Shown one piece after another: positions 34,520 to 45,277 of a DNA stretch of 64,000 nt. This DNA is from Clostridia bacterium (GTDB lineage Bacteria > Bacillota > Clostridia > Christensenellales > Borkfalkiaceae), in NCBI GenBank assembly GCA_017445995.1, contig JAFSRT010000013.1, positions 545 to 64,544 on the forward strand, in the 5' to 3' direction. The position numbers and the translations under genes are program-made. The stretch's first letter is position 1; each line of letters begins with the position of its first letter. The notes below the pieces were generated by a model that did no database searches, was not told the DNA's origin, and worked only from the letters and a program-made list of their open reading frames with translations.

Positions 34520-36755
34520 ATTTGCGCTTCTCGGCAATCCTAACAGCGGAAAGACCACTCTTTTTAACAGTTTAACGGGTTCAACGGCACACGTCGGCAA
34601 CTGGCCGGGGGTAACGGTTGACAAAAGGGAAGGTATTTATAAAAAGTTAGCCGAACCGATAGCAATCGTCGATTTACCGGGGATATATTCGCTTTCCCCG
34701 TATACGTCGGAAGAAGTTATCGCAAGAAATTACGTATTAGACGAAAAGCCCGACTGCGTTATAAATATAATCGACGCGACTAATCTTGAAAGAAATCTAT
34801 ACTTAACTACGCAACTTATGGAAATAGACGTGCCCGTCGTAATCGCTCTTAATATGATGGACGCGGTTGAAAAACGCGGGGACTCAATCGACGCCAAAGA
34901 ACTTGAAAAACGGCTTGGCGTTCCCGTCGTTAAAATATCGGCTTTAAAAGAAACGGGGCTTGATAAACTTATGGAAAGGGCTTACGCCGTTTCAAAAGTA
35001 GAAAGAAAGGGCGTAACGGTAATTGAAGAAACGGCGTTAAAACACCTTATAAGCGATATCAAGATAGCGCTTGAAGGTCAGGGGGTTGACAACCCGCTTT
35101 TCCACGCGGTAAAACTTGCCGAACTCGACGAGTTGGAAGTTTTAATGCATAAAGACACCGTAAATATGATAGAAGCCTTTAAAAAGCAGTATCATAACGA
35201 TACTTTCGGGGACGATTACGAAGCGCTTATTGCCGACGGCAGATATAAATATATTACGAAATATTTTTCGCCGACAATAAAGAGAAAGAACGAAGAAAAG
35301 TTTATAGTAACTCCGTCCGACAAGGCGGACAGAGTGCTTACTCATAAGATATGGGGAATACCTATTTTCCTTATGATTTTGTTCCTTATATTTCACCTTA
35401 CTTTCAGCGAAAATCTGTTCTTTTTGGGCGGGCTGTTTAACGGCAAAGTCGCTTTTTCGGGGACTGCTTTTGAAGGCGTTTTTCTATCTGAAAGCGGAAT
35501 AAACTCGATAGGCGTATTGTTTGGAAATCTCGTAGAAAGCCTTACAAATCTTTTATCGTCCGTGATAAGAAGTATATTGCCCGCAGACTCGTGGGCGACG
35601 GGGCTTATTTGCGACGGGGTTCTTGGCGGAATATTCGCTATCTTCTCGTTTTTACCGCAAATACTTATTTTGTTTTTGTTTTTCTCGATTTTGGAAGATT
35701 CGGGGTATATGGCAAGAATAGCCTTTATATTAGACAGGGCGTTAAGAAAATTCGGTCTGTCGGGTAGGGCGTTTTTACCTATGATAATGGGTTTCGGCTG
35801 TTCCGTACCCGCAATGATAAATACAAGAACGCTTGCCGACGAAAAGGAAAAAATAGCGACGGTAAGGGTTATTCCGTTTTTCAGTTGCGGTGCAAAACTG
35901 CCTATTTTAACCGCGGTATCGGGCGCGATTGTAAGTAGTTTCGGCGTTGCAAACGTCGACTTAATAACCTATTCAATGTATTTAGTCGGCATTATAACAG
36001 CCCTCGTTACGGTAATTTTAATGCGTTCTACGTCTCTTAAAGGGGACACACCGCCGTTCATTATGGAATTACCGGCATATCATAAACCGCAACCGAAAAA
36101 CCTTGCGATTTTGCTTTGGGATAAAGCCGAACATTTTATCAAAAAGGCGTTTACGATTATTCTCGCGTCGACCATCGTCGTTTGGTTTATTTCTCACTTC
36201 TCTTTCTCATGGGAGTTTTTAAGCGACGCGGAAATAGACGGCAGTATTCTCGCTAATATCGGCAAGTTCCTGCAACCTATTTTCACCCCGCTCGGGTTCG
36301 GCAGTCAGTTAAACTCAAACGGTTGGGTATTTATTGTTGCGGCGATAACGGGGCTCATTGCAAAAGAAAACGTAATTTCAACCTTCGGAACTCTCGCCGC
36401 ATGTATAAACGTTGCTATTGCGGGTTCGGGTGATAGCGGTGTTGCGTCGGTTGTCGCAATGATAAGCGGAACGGGTATAACCGTGCCCGCACTCTTATCG
36501 TTTATCGCGTTCAATATGACGACTGTGCCTTGTTTTGCCGCCGTTGCCGCTGCAAAAGGTGAAATGCCGACGAGATTACACTATAAAATGACCTTATTGT
36601 TCTGGATAATAACTTCTTATATCGTGTCAAGCGCGATATACTTAATAGGGACTTTCTGGTGGACGGCGTTTATTTGTTTAACTGCTTTTATCGTTTTATG
36701 CTTGTGTATAAAACTACATAATAACAGAAAAGATAAAAGGGGTGCTGAAAATTGA
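34512..36755 (+). CDS. feoB: Ferrous iron transport protein B
   Basis: It has an N-terminal G-domain (GNPNSGKTTLFN, DLPG, NMMD) followed by the polytopic FeoB membrane domain. Confidence 0.93.
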   Translation: MYRFALLGNPNSGKTTLFNSLTGSTAHVGNWPGVTVDKREGIYKKLAEPIAIVDLPGIYSLSPYTSEEVIARNYVLDEKPDCVINIIDATNLERNLYLTTQLMEIDVPVVIALNMMDAVEKRGDSIDAKELEKRLGVPVVKISALKETGLDKLMERAYAVSKVERKGVTVIEETALKHLISDIKIALEGQGVDNPLFHAVKLAELDELEVLMHKDTVNMIEAFKKQYHNDTFGDDYEALIADGRYKYITKYFSPTIKRKNEEKFIVTPSDKADRVLTHKIWGIPIFLMILFLIFHLTFSENLFFLGGLFNGKVAFSGTAFEGVFLSESGINSIGVLFGNLVESLTNLLSSVIRSILPADSWATGLICDGVLGGIFAIFSFLPQILILFLFFSILEDSGYMARIAFILDRALRKFGLSGRAFLPMIMGFGCSVPAMINTRTLADEKEKIATVRVIPFFSCGAKLPILTAVSGAIVSSFGVANVDLITYSMYLVGIITALVTVILMRSTSLKGDTPPFIMELPAYHKPQPKNLAILLWDKAEHFIKKAFTIILASTIVVWFISHFSFSWEFLSDAEIDGSILANIGKFLQPIFTPLGFGSQLNSNGWVFIVAAITGLIAKENVISTFGTLAACINVAIAGSGDSGVASVVAMISGTGITVPALLSFIAFNMTTVPCFAAVAAAKGEMPTRLHYKMTLLFWIITSYIVSSAIYLIGTFWWTAFICLTAFIVLCLCIKLHNNRKDKRGAEN

Positions 36756-36907
36756 CGTTATTTGAAATTATAGTGCTTATTTTAAGCCTATTAATTATCA
36801 TATCGGTAGTTGTTCTGGAAATATTAAAAAGAAAAAAAGGCAAAACCTGTTCTTGTGATTGTAAATCCTGTAAATACGGGTCTTGTCCTAATAAAAAAGA
36901 AAAATAA
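36752..36907 (+). CDS. Small FeoB-associated Cys-rich membrane protein (51 aa; absent from the ORF track)
   Basis: The TTG start overlaps the feoB stop (TTGA). The translation is MTLFEIIVLILSLLIIISVVVLEILKRKKGKTCSCDCKSCKYGSCPNKKEK: one TM, then a CxCxC..C....C tail. A terminator follows. A GTG eight codons in is an alternative start. Confidence 0.6.
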   Translation: MTLFEIIVLILSLLIIISVVVLEILKRKKGKTCSCDCKSCKYGSCPNKKEK

Positions 36908-36909
36908 AA

Positions 36910-36945
36910 AATAGCGTTTCGCTTTTATGAAACGCTATTTTTTTT
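36910..36945 (+). terminator. Rho-independent terminator of the feo operon
   Basis: Hairpin aatagcgtttc / gaaacgctatt followed by TTTTTTT. Confidence 0.85.
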
Positions 36946-36960
36946 ATAATTCGCGAAAAT

Positions 36961-37050
36961 AATCTGGATAACCAAAGGAATACTAAGGAAAGAACGATAC
37001 CATTTAACAGACGTATCCTTGATATGCGTGATTTATTCAGATTGTTTTTG
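36961..37050 (+). other. Unassigned structured element: nested long hairpin ending in a U-run (candidate small RNA or cis element)
   Basis: The outer 11-bp helix is AATCTGGATAA (36961-36971) paired with TTATTCAGATT (37033-37043), followed by GTTTTTG. The inner helix is AAGGAATAC (36975-36983) paired with GTATCCTT (37013-37020). Confidence 0.3.
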
Positions 37051-37133
37051 AAAATTCATAATAACTTATTTTGAACAATAATGCAATCGATAATAAAATC
37101 TTTAAAAAAATGTTATAAAATACATATTAAGAC

Positions 37134-37162
37134 TTGAAAAATAACACAATATTTAGTATAAT
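37134..37162 (+). promoter_or_regulatory. Consensus-like sigma-A promoter for the topoisomerase operon
   Basis: TTGAAA, a 17-nt spacer, then TATAAT. RBS AAGGAG precedes ATG 37205. Confidence 0.6.
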
Positions 37163-37204
37163 AAATAAGAATAAACGCAATCTGATGTGTTTAAGGAGTA
37201 AATT

Positions 37205-39157
37205 ATGGCTAAAAACAGTTATAAAGCGGAAGATATAAAAATCCTTGAAGGGTTGGACGCGGTACGGCTTCGCCCCGGTATGTATATCGGGACGACGAGT
37301 GTTAAGGGACTACACCATATTTTATGGGAAATAGTTGACAACGCGGTCGACGAAGCGGCAAACGGTTTTGCAGATAAAATCAGTATCGTTTTATATAAAG
37401 ACGGTTCGGCGTCGGTTGAAGACAACGGGCGCGGTATTCCTACCGATATTCACTCGAAAGCGGGGGTTTCGGGCGTTCAGGTCGTATTCACGCAACTTCA
37501 CGCGGGCGGTAAGTTCGATAACGATAATTACAGTTATTCGGGCGGTCTGCACGGCGTTGGCGCGTCGGTAACTAACGCGCTTTCGGAGTGGCTTAAAGTA
37601 GAAGTTTATAAAAACACCGTTTATTCTATGGAGTTCCATAGTTATCTCGATAAAGAAACGGGCAAAATCAAGTCGGGTATTCCCGTTGCACCGCTTAAAG
37701 ATACCAAGGTTAAAACCACCAAAAAGGGAACTTTCGTCAGGTTTTTACCCGACAAACGCGTTTTTGAAACGGTCGAGTTTAACGCCGATACTATAATAAA
37801 GAGAATAAAAGAACTTGCCTTTTTAAACAGGGGTCTCGAAATATCTTTTTACGACGAAAGGACTAACCATCGTCAGACGTTTATGTACGAAGGCGGTATT
37901 TCCGACTTTATAAAATACTTAAACGCGGGAAAGAACGTTTTATACGACGTACCGCTTTACGCAAGCACGGTAAAAGACAATATCGCAATCGAGTTCGCTA
38001 TTCAGCACACCGATAATTACGTGGACAGCGTTTATTCTTACGTAAACAATATTCCGACCGCCGAAGGCGGTATGCACGAAACGGGTTTCCGTTCGGGGCT
38101 TACGAGAGTGTTTAACGCTTACGCGAGAGATAAGAAGGTGTTAAAAGATAACGACGACAACTTTATCGGCGACGATTTTAAGGAAGGGCTGACCGCTATT
38201 ATTTCAATTAAGATGCAAAGCGTTCAGTTCGAAGGGCAAACAAAGTCCAAACTTGGCAATCCGGAAGCAAGACCTGCGGTGGAATCGGCGGTCGTTGCGG
38301 AACTTTCCGAACTAATGAAAAATAAGCGCCTTTATAAAGTGTTCGACGTAATAATCGATAAGGCGGTAAACGCCGCGAAAGCAAGACTTGCCGTAAAGAA
38401 AGCAAAGGAAATCGCAAGGGCAAGTAAGAGTATCGAAGCGCAGAATCTTGTAGGCAAACTTTCCGCTTGTTCGGGAAGAAAACCCGAACTTAACGAACTG
38501 TTTATCGTCGAAGGCGACTCGGCTGGCGGTAGCGCGAAACAGGCGAGAGTAAGACAGTATCAGGCGATATTACCGCTTCGCGGTAAAATATTAAACGTCG
38601 AAAGAAAAAAACTCGAACACGTCGTTCAGAACGAAGAAATACGTTCGATTATTTCGGCACTCGGAACGGGCATCGGGTCGGAATTCGACCTTTCTAACTT
38701 GAAATATCATAAAGTAATCATTTTGTCGGACGCGGACGTGGACGGCGGACATATAAGGATGCTACTTTTAACTTTCTTTTTTAGGTATATGCGCGATTTA
38801 GTAACGGAAGGGCACGTTTATATCGGTATGCCACCGCTTTACAAGGTTTATAAAGGTAATACCGAACTGTATGCGTACGACGATAAGGAACTTCGCGAAA
38901 AGATAGATAAAATCGGCAAGGGATATCAGATACAGAGATATAAAGGGCTTGGCGAAATGGACCCTTCGCAACTCTGGGAAACGACGATGGATCCCGAAAA
39001 AAGAACGCTTATGCAGGTAACTACGGAAGACTGTGCCGAAGCCGACAGAATAATAACCCTTTTAATGGGCGACGAAGTAAGCGGACGAAAAGATTATATT
39101 TTCGAATACGCTAACTTTAACAGGGTAGACAGTTTCAAAAATATTAAACGTTCTTAA
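37205..39157 (+). CDS. Type IIA DNA topoisomerase subunit B (DNA gyrase / topoisomerase IV B subunit, GyrB/ParE family)
   Basis: 650 aa. GHKL ATPase motifs ([34 protein letters not shown]), the Toprim motif ([20 protein letters not shown]) and the C-terminal QRYKGLGEM are present. Confidence 0.93.
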   Translation: MAKNSYKAEDIKILEGLDAVRLRPGMYIGTTSVKGLHHILWEIVDNAVDEAANGFADKISIVLYKDGSASVEDNGRGIPTDIHSKAGVSGVQVVFTQLHAGGKFDNDNYSYSGGLHGVGASVTNALSEWLKVEVYKNTVYSMEFHSYLDKETGKIKSGIPVAPLKDTKVKTTKKGTFVRFLPDKRVFETVEFNADTIIKRIKELAFLNRGLEISFYDERTNHRQTFMYEGGISDFIKYLNAGKNVLYDVPLYASTVKDNIAIEFAIQHTDNYVDSVYSYVNNIPTAEGGMHETGFRSGLTRVFNAYARDKKVLKDNDDNFIGDDFKEGLTAIISIKMQSVQFEGQTKSKLGNPEARPAVESAVVAELSELMKNKRLYKVFDVIIDKAVNAAKARLAVKKAKEIARASKSIEAQNLVGKLSACSGRKPELNELFIVEGDSAGGSAKQARVRQYQAILPLRGKILNVERKKLEHVVQNEEIRSIISALGTGIGSEFDLSNLKYHKVIILSDADVDGGHIRMLLLTFFFRYMRDLVTEGHVYIGMPPLYKVYKGNTELYAYDDKELREKIDKIGKGYQIQRYKGLGEMDPSQLWETTMDPEKRTLMQVTTEDCAEADRIITLLMGDEVSGRKDYIFEYANFNRVDSFKNIKRS

Positions 39158-39177
39158 TAACGATAAGGAAATTGATT

Positions 39178-41595
39178 ATGGAAAACGAAAAAGGTCTTAT
39201 TTATAATTCGATAGACGAAGTATTCAAATCTTCAATGATAGCGTACGCCGAAGACGTTATATTAGACAGGGCGTTGCCGAGAGTGGAAGACGGTTTAAAA
39301 CCCGTTCAGAGAAGAATATTATACGATATGTACGAAATGGGTTTAACGCCCGACAAACCGCATAAAAAATGCGCGAAGATAGTCGGCGACTGTCTCGGTA
39401 AATATCACCCGCACGGCGACTCGTCGGTGTACGGCGCACTCGTTCACATGGCGCAGGATTTCAATATGAGAAACACGCTTATAGACGGGCACGGCAATTT
39501 CGGAACGGTCGACGGGGACGGCGCTGCCGCATACCGTTATACAGAAGCGCGTTTAAGTGCGCTTACCTTGGAACTTCTTCGCGATATCGATAAAGACACG
39601 GTAGATTTCGCGCTGAACTTCGACGATTCGCTTGAAGAACCGAAAACCCTTCCGGGGCGCTTTCCGAACCTTTTGGTAAACGGCGCGATGGGGATTGCGG
39701 TAGGTCTTGCAACAAATATACCGACGCATAACTTAACCGAAGTAATAGACGGAACGATAGCGTATATCGACAACCCGAAAATATCGTTAAAAGATATGAT
39801 GAAGATAATACCCGCACCGGATTTTCCGACGGGTGGCTTTATAATCGCGGGCGACGAATTAGAAGAAGCCTATAAAAGCGGGCGCGGAACGATTAAAATC
39901 CGCGCAAGGGTAAACACCGAAAAGGACGGCGATAAACAAAGTATTATTATTTCCGAACTGCCGTATCAGGTGAATAAAGCCGACTTACTTAAAAAAATTG
40001 CAGAGTTAAAAGAAGAAAATAAAGACATTTTAAGCGGAATAAAGGACGTGGTGGACGAGTCCGACCGTAACGGTATGCGCGCGGTAATTAAACTTAATAA
40101 GGACGCGGACAGTAAATCGATTTTATCGTATTTATACAAGAAAACCAACCTTGAAATCAATTACGGTATCAATATGGTCGCGATAGCCGACGGCAAACCG
40201 AAACAGTTGGGGCTTTTAGATATTATTTCCTATTACGTGAACTATCAGCGAGAAGTTATTCTTCGTCGTTCCAAGTTCCAGTTAGACGTGGCTAAAAAGC
40301 GCGCCCACATATTAGAAGGGCTTATAATCGCCGTTAAAAATATCGACGAAGTAATAAAAATCATAAAGAGTGCGGATAATATCCCTGACGCAAGGGCAAA
40401 ACTTCGCGCAAGATTTTCTATATCGGAAGAACAGGCGACTGCGATTTTAGACTTAAAATTATCCCGCCTTACTAAACTTGAAATAACCAAACTCGAACAA
40501 GAACTTGCTGAACTCAAAAAACTTATTGCCGACCTTACCGAAATAATCGGCAGTAAGGCAAAACAGATGTCAATCGTTAAAAAGGAACTTACACAAATCA
40601 AAAAAGAGTTCGGCGATAAGAGAAGATCTAACGTAATAATCGGCGGAAACGAAATAGAAATAAAGGACGTTGAAAAGGAATTAAAACCTATCGAAAACTT
40701 CGTTGTAGGTATGACGTTTGGCGGTATGTTAAAAAAGATGCCTGAAAAGAACTTCTATAACAGCGACAGAAAGGTAAAAGACAACGCTAATAAAGACGAT
40801 TTCCTGCTTTTCTCGATAGAAGCCAAAACCGACCAGACGCTGTTTGCATTTACTAATCTCGGAAACTGCTGTAAACTCGATATGGAAATACTGCCGGAGT
40901 GCAGATTCAGAGATAAAGGCGTTAAGTTCAGTCAGGTATGTAAAGACGCGGCGAGAAACGAATATCCCGTTTCCTTCTTTGCGGTAAACGAAAACGAATT
41001 GCCGAAAGGAAGCCTGCTTTTCTACACGAAAGACGGGCTGATAAAAAAGACCGAGTGGGCGGAATACAACGTGTTAAAGCCATATTATCAGGCGATAAAA
41101 TTAAAGGACGGCGACGCACTTTTATCGGTTGAACAGGATAGTGAAGACGCCACGATTTCCTATATTACCGAACAAGGTATGGTATTAAACGCTAAAAAGG
41201 ACGATATTCCGTCCCAAGGCAGGGTCGCAGGCGGAGTTAAGGGAATAAACCTTAATAAAGGCGACAGTATAAAATTCGTCGGACAAACGGACGAAGAAGG
41301 CGAATACGTTATTATTTCCGACGCAGGTTTCTATAAACGGGTAATTTTATCTGAAATAGAACCTATGCAACGGTACAGAAAAGGCATAAAAATCGTTGAA
41401 CTCGGAAAAGACGGGAAAGTCGTGTTCGCGTCTGTTGTAAAACTTCCGTATCAGATAGCGGTTATCGATAATTTCGGCGTTGCGTTCACGGTAAATACCG
41501 AAGATTTATCGATAGAAGGCAGAACGACGAAAGGTAAAACGTTAAAGAACGAAAACAAAAAACGTTCACCGCAATACTGCTTTAAGGTAGAATAA
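39178..41595 (+). CDS. Type IIA DNA topoisomerase subunit A (gyrase / topo IV A subunit); ParC-like because no GyrA box is present
   Basis: ATG 39178 with an AAGGAA RBS. The motifs [19 protein letters not shown] and [11 protein letters not shown] (catalytic Tyr) are present. The C-terminal beta-pinwheel blades carry GRVAGGVKG, but there is no QRRGGKG-type GyrA box at the start of the CTD. Confidence 0.9.
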   Translation: MENEKGLIYNSIDEVFKSSMIAYAEDVILDRALPRVEDGLKPVQRRILYDMYEMGLTPDKPHKKCAKIVGDCLGKYHPHGDSSVYGALVHMAQDFNMRNTLIDGHGNFGTVDGDGAAAYRYTEARLSALTLELLRDIDKDTVDFALNFDDSLEEPKTLPGRFPNLLVNGAMGIAVGLATNIPTHNLTEVIDGTIAYIDNPKISLKDMMKIIPAPDFPTGGFIIAGDELEEAYKSGRGTIKIRARVNTEKDGDKQSIIISELPYQVNKADLLKKIAELKEENKDILSGIKDVVDESDRNGMRAVIKLNKDADSKSILSYLYKKTNLEINYGINMVAIADGKPKQLGLLDIISYYVNYQREVILRRSKFQLDVAKKRAHILEGLIIAVKNIDEVIKIIKSADNIPDARAKLRARFSISEEQATAILDLKLSRLTKLEITKLEQELAELKKLIADLTEIIGSKAKQMSIVKKELTQIKKEFGDKRRSNVIIGGNEIEIKDVEKELKPIENFVVGMTFGGMLKKMPEKNFYNSDRKVKDNANKDDFLLFSIEAKTDQTLFAFTNLGNCCKLDMEILPECRFRDKGVKFSQVCKDAARNEYPVSFFAVNENELPKGSLLFYTKDGLIKKTEWAEYNVLKPYYQAIKLKDGDALLSVEQDSEDATISYITEQGMVLNAKKDDIPSQGRVAGGVKGINLNKGDSIKFVGQTDEEGEYVIISDAGFYKRVILSEIEPMQRYRKGIKIVELGKDGKVVFASVVKLPYQIAVIDNFGVAFTVNTEDLSIEGRTTKGKTLKNENKKRSPQYCFKVE

Positions 41596-41601
41596 AAATA
41601 A

Positions 41602-41637
41602 TCCCCGAAAGGCGTCGCCTTTCGGGGAAATCTTTTT
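41602..41637. terminator. Bidirectional terminator between convergent genes
   Basis: 13-bp stem tccccgaaaggcg / cgcctttcgggga followed by a T-rich tail. Confidence 0.85.
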
Positions 41638-41650
41638 AAAAAACATAATA

Positions 41651-42748
41651 TTAAACGTTAAATCTGAATAAAACCACGTCTCCGTCTTTTATTACGTAAT
41701 CTTTTCCTTCGGAACGAACCTTGCCGTGTTCTTTCGCCGCGTTAAAAGACCCGTATTCGACAAGATTATCGTAGTCGACTATTTCGGCGCGGATAAATCC
41801 CTTTTCGAAATCGGAGTGGATTTTGCCCGCCGCTTGCGGTGCTTTCGTGCCTTCGGTTATCGTCCACGCACGAACTTCTTTTTCGCCCGCCGTGAGATAA
41901 CTGATAAGCCCCAAAAGAGAATATGACGTTTTAATAAGCCTGTCTAATCCGCTTTCAGATAACCCTAATTCTTCTAAAAACATCTGTTGTTCGTCCTTAG
42001 GAAGAGTGGAGAGTTCTTCTTCGGTTTTTGCGCAAATGGTCAAGTGGCTTGCGCCTTCGGCGTTTGCAAAGTCGATAACCTGTTTAACAAGCGGAAGTTC
42101 GTTTTCGTCCTTTCCCATATCTTTCTCGCCGATATTCGCCGTGTAGATAACGGGCTTATCGGTAATTAAAAAGAGATTTTTAAGATATTCTTTTTCTTCG
42201 TCCGATACGTCGAGCGTTCTCGCGGGCTTTTCGGACGCCAAATGATTATAAAGCCTGTCTAAAAAGTCGTATTCGATTTTATATTTCTTTTCGCCCGTTT
42301 TAACCATTGAAAGGGCTTTATCCAAACGCTTTTTAACGCTTTCCATATCGGCAAATATAAGTTCGAGATTTATAGTTTCTATATCGCGAAGGGGATTAAC
42401 CGAGTTTTCAACGTGGGTAACGTTTTCGTCTTCAAAACACCTGACTACGTGAACGATAGCGTCCGTTTCTCTTATGTTTGCCAAAAACTTATTGCCAAGC
42501 CCTTCGCCTTTACTCGCGCCCTTAACAAGCCCCGCTATGTCTACGAATTCAACGACTGCCGGCGTAATCTTTTTGGTATTATACATTTTACCTAAAACGT
42601 TAAGTCTTTCGTCGGGAACGGCAACCACGCCGACGTTCGGTTCTATCGTGCAAAAAGGATAATTCGCACACTCCGCACCCGCGTGAGTGATAGCGTTGAA
42701 TAAGGTTGATTTTCCTACGTTCGGAAGCCCTACGACACCAAGTTTCAT
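41651..42748 (-). CDS. ychF: Redox-regulated ATPase YchF (Obg-family GTPase-like)
   Basis: I chose the start at ATG 42748 ([19 protein letters not shown]) with a GGAGA RBS. The C-terminal TGS-like FIRAEIV..Y and [11 protein letters not shown] are present. Confidence 0.92.
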   Translation of the reverse strand: MKLGVVGLPNVGKSTLFNAITHAGAECANYPFCTIEPNVGVVAVPDERLNVLGKMYNTKKITPAVVEFVDIAGLVKGASKGEGLGNKFLANIRETDAIVHVVRCFEDENVTHVENSVNPLRDIETINLELIFADMESVKKRLDKALSMVKTGEKKYKIEYDFLDRLYNHLASEKPARTLDVSDEEKEYLKNLFLITDKPVIYTANIGEKDMGKDENELPLVKQVIDFANAEGASHLTICAKTEEELSTLPKDEQQMFLEELGLSESGLDRLIKTSYSLLGLISYLTAGEKEVRAWTITEGTKAPQAAGKIHSDFEKGFIRAEIVDYDNLVEYGSFNAAKEHGKVRSEGKDYVIKDGDVVLFRFNV

Positions 42749-42871
42749 TTTTTTATCTCCAAAGTTTAATTTTCTTACATAATTATAAACCAAAATACTT
42801 AAAATTTCAAGTTTTTAGGTTGCTTTTTATATAAATAATATGTTATTATTAAATAGATTAAAGGAAATAAT

Positions 42872-44554
42872 ATGGATTATAAGAAAATTATTGCGGAAAA
42901 ACTTAAAATAGAAGGGGTCAGTTCCGAAGAAATATATTCGTTTTTAGAAGTTCCGCCCGATAAAGAAATGGGCGATTTTGCGCTTCCTTGTTTTAAGCTT
43001 GCAAAAGTTCTGAAAAAAAGCCCGATTGCTATCGCGAACGAACTTGCGTCTTTTTTTACCGTGGACGATAATATTTGCGATTGTTCCGCAGTAAACGGCT
43101 ATCTTAATTTTAAGATAGACAGGAAAAAGTTTTCTATAAATTCCTTAAACGATATTTTATCGCTAAATGAAAAATACGGGTCAAGCGATATAGGAAAGGG
43201 CAAAACCGTTTGCGTCGAATACTCTTCGATAAATATCGCAAAGCCTTTCCATATCGGGCATTTATCGACGACGGTAATAGGTAGCGCGCTTTATAAAATC
43301 TATAAGTTTTTAGGTTATAACGTCGTCGGAATAAACCACTTGGGCGATTACGGAACGCAGTTCGGAAAACTAATCGTTGCTTTTAAATTATGGAGTAGCG
43401 AAGAACAGGTTATAAAGGGTAGGCTTAAAGAACTATCGAGAATATACGTAAAATTCCACGAAGAAGCGAAAGTAAACCCAAAACTTGACGACGAAGCAAG
43501 GCGATATTTTAACCTTATTGAAAAGGGAGATAGCGAAAGCAACCGCCTTTTCGAATTGTTTAAGAAAATCACTCTCGAAGAAGTCGGAAAGATTTACGAC
43601 CTTTTAAACGTTAAGTTCGACAGTTATGCGGGCGAGAGTTTTTATACCGATAAAATGCAACCTATAATCGACGAATTAAGGTCGAAAAATCTTCTTGTCG
43701 AAAGCGACGGCGCGTCTATCGTGGATTTAAGCGATTACGACATGCCACCTTGCCTTATATTAAAGTCGGACGGGTCGAGTTTATACGCCACGCGCGATTT
43801 GGCGGCGGCGGAATACAGAAAAAAGACTTATGATTTTTATAAATCGTTATACGTCGTTGCATATCAGCAGAACTTGCACTTTAAGCAGTTCTTTAAAGTT
43901 TTGGAACTTATGGGCAGAGAGTGGGCGAAAGATATGGTTCACGTCGCTTACGGTATGGTTTCACTTGAAGACGGGGCAATGAGTACCCGCGAAGGTAAAG
44001 TAGTTTTATTAGAAGACGTTATAAATAAGACCATCGAAAAAGCAAGGGAAGTTATTGAAAATAAAAACCCGAACGTTATAGATAAAGAAAAAACCGCAAG
44101 GGCGGTCGGAACGGGTGCGGTAATTTTTTCGGCGCTTGTTAATAATAAAATTAAAGATATCGTGTTCAGTTACGACAGGGTTTTATCTTTTGAAGGGGAA
44201 ACCTGTCCTTACGTTTTGTACACCGTCGCAAGGTGTAATTCCGTGCTTAAAAAGTTGGGTGAACCGACAGAGTATAATATATCGGAACTTTCTGGCGTAG
44301 AATATAACGTAATCAGCACGCTTTCAAACTTTAATTCGGTTATCGTTACGGCGTCCGAGAAATACGAACCGAGTTTAATAACGAGATACGCTTTGGATTT
44401 AGCGTCCGAATTTAATAAGTTTTATATCGATTGTAAAATCGGCGTTCCCGACGAAAATATTAAAAATTTCCGTTTGGCTATTACGAAAGCGGTTAAGATT
44501 ACTTTAACCAACGCGCTTAATCTTTTAGGAATAGAAACCGTTTATGAAATGTAA
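42872..44554 (+). CDS. argS: Arginine--tRNA ligase
   Basis: 560 aa. It has a class I HIGH-type motif (PFHIGHL) and a C-terminal anticodon-binding domain ending in the typical ..YEM. Confidence 0.9.
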   Translation: MDYKKIIAEKLKIEGVSSEEIYSFLEVPPDKEMGDFALPCFKLAKVLKKSPIAIANELASFFTVDDNICDCSAVNGYLNFKIDRKKFSINSLNDILSLNEKYGSSDIGKGKTVCVEYSSINIAKPFHIGHLSTTVIGSALYKIYKFLGYNVVGINHLGDYGTQFGKLIVAFKLWSSEEQVIKGRLKELSRIYVKFHEEAKVNPKLDDEARRYFNLIEKGDSESNRLFELFKKITLEEVGKIYDLLNVKFDSYAGESFYTDKMQPIIDELRSKNLLVESDGASIVDLSDYDMPPCLILKSDGSSLYATRDLAAAEYRKKTYDFYKSLYVVAYQQNLHFKQFFKVLELMGREWAKDMVHVAYGMVSLEDGAMSTREGKVVLLEDVINKTIEKAREVIENKNPNVIDKEKTARAVGTGAVIFSALVNNKIKDIVFSYDRVLSFEGETCPYVLYTVARCNSVLKKLGEPTEYNISELSGVEYNVISTLSNFNSVIVTASEKYEPSLITRYALDLASEFNKFYIDCKIGVPDENIKNFRLAITKAVKITLTNALNLLGIETVYEM

Positions 44555-45200
44555 TAATAAACTTGCAATTTTCGATTTAGACGGCACTTTAATCGATTCG
44601 ATTCGCGATATAACCGACAATATAAACGCCATGCTGAAATATTTCGGATATAAAGAAAGAACGGTAGAAGAAGTAAGGACTTTCGTTTGTTTCGGTGCGA
44701 AAGAATTAGTAAGGTGTGCAATCGCCAAAGATATCGGCGAAGAAAAATTAAACGATTGCGTATCGTACTATAATAACCTATACACAAAATCGGACAGCCC
44801 GAAATCGAAAGTGTTTTTCGGTATAAAAAAAGTTTTAAAAGAACTTAAAAAGCGCGGTTATACACTCGTCGTTTTATCTAACAAACCACAACAAACACTC
44901 GATAAAGTCTATAATATCTATCTTAAAAATTGCGGTTTTCAAGAAGTTGTCGGCGGAAGTCCCGAAAGGAAAATAAAGCCCGACCCTTCTGAAGTCGAAA
45001 AACTTTTGAAAAAATATTCCGTTGAAAAAGAAAACGCATATTTAATAGGCGACGGCGAGACGGACGTTTTAGCGGCCGTTAACGCGAATATTAACTCTGT
45101 TGCCGTTCTTTGGGGATATAGGGACGAAACCGCCCTAAAAAAAGTCGGCGCGACGACTCTTATTAAAAAACCTTCTTTATTACTAACTATTCTTAAATAA
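44544..45200 (+). CDS. HAD family hydrolase (phosphoglycolate phosphatase-like)
   Basis: The HAD motifs are present: DLDGTLIDS (motif I), SNK (motif II) and GDGETD (motif IV). It overlaps the argS end by 11 nt. Confidence 0.8.
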   Translation: MKCNNKLAIFDLDGTLIDSIRDITDNINAMLKYFGYKERTVEEVRTFVCFGAKELVRCAIAKDIGEEKLNDCVSYYNNLYTKSDSPKSKVFFGIKKVLKELKKRGYTLVVLSNKPQQTLDKVYNIYLKNCGFQEVVGGSPERKIKPDPSEVEKLLKKYSVEKENAYLIGDGETDVLAAVNANINSVAVLWGYRDETALKKVGATTLIKKPSLLLTILK

Positions 45201-45277
45201 TTTTTAACAAAAATCTCGATTAAAAACTCAAAAAATCCATAACAAAAACCAAAACAAGGCGGAACTGTATTTTGAAT

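Noticed and set aside
37024-37074. 16-codon ORF (MRDLFRLFLKIHNNLF) inside the structured intergenic element, as a possible toxin or leader peptide
   Set aside because: It has no Shine-Dalgarno and is very short. I have nothing to distinguish it from chance in AT-rich DNA.
42749-42871. T-box leader upstream of argS (also considered for serC at 28055-28143)
   Set aside because: The spacers are only ~120 and ~90 nt. They lack a T-box sequence (AANNNGGTGNTAC-like) and a terminator/antiterminator pair.
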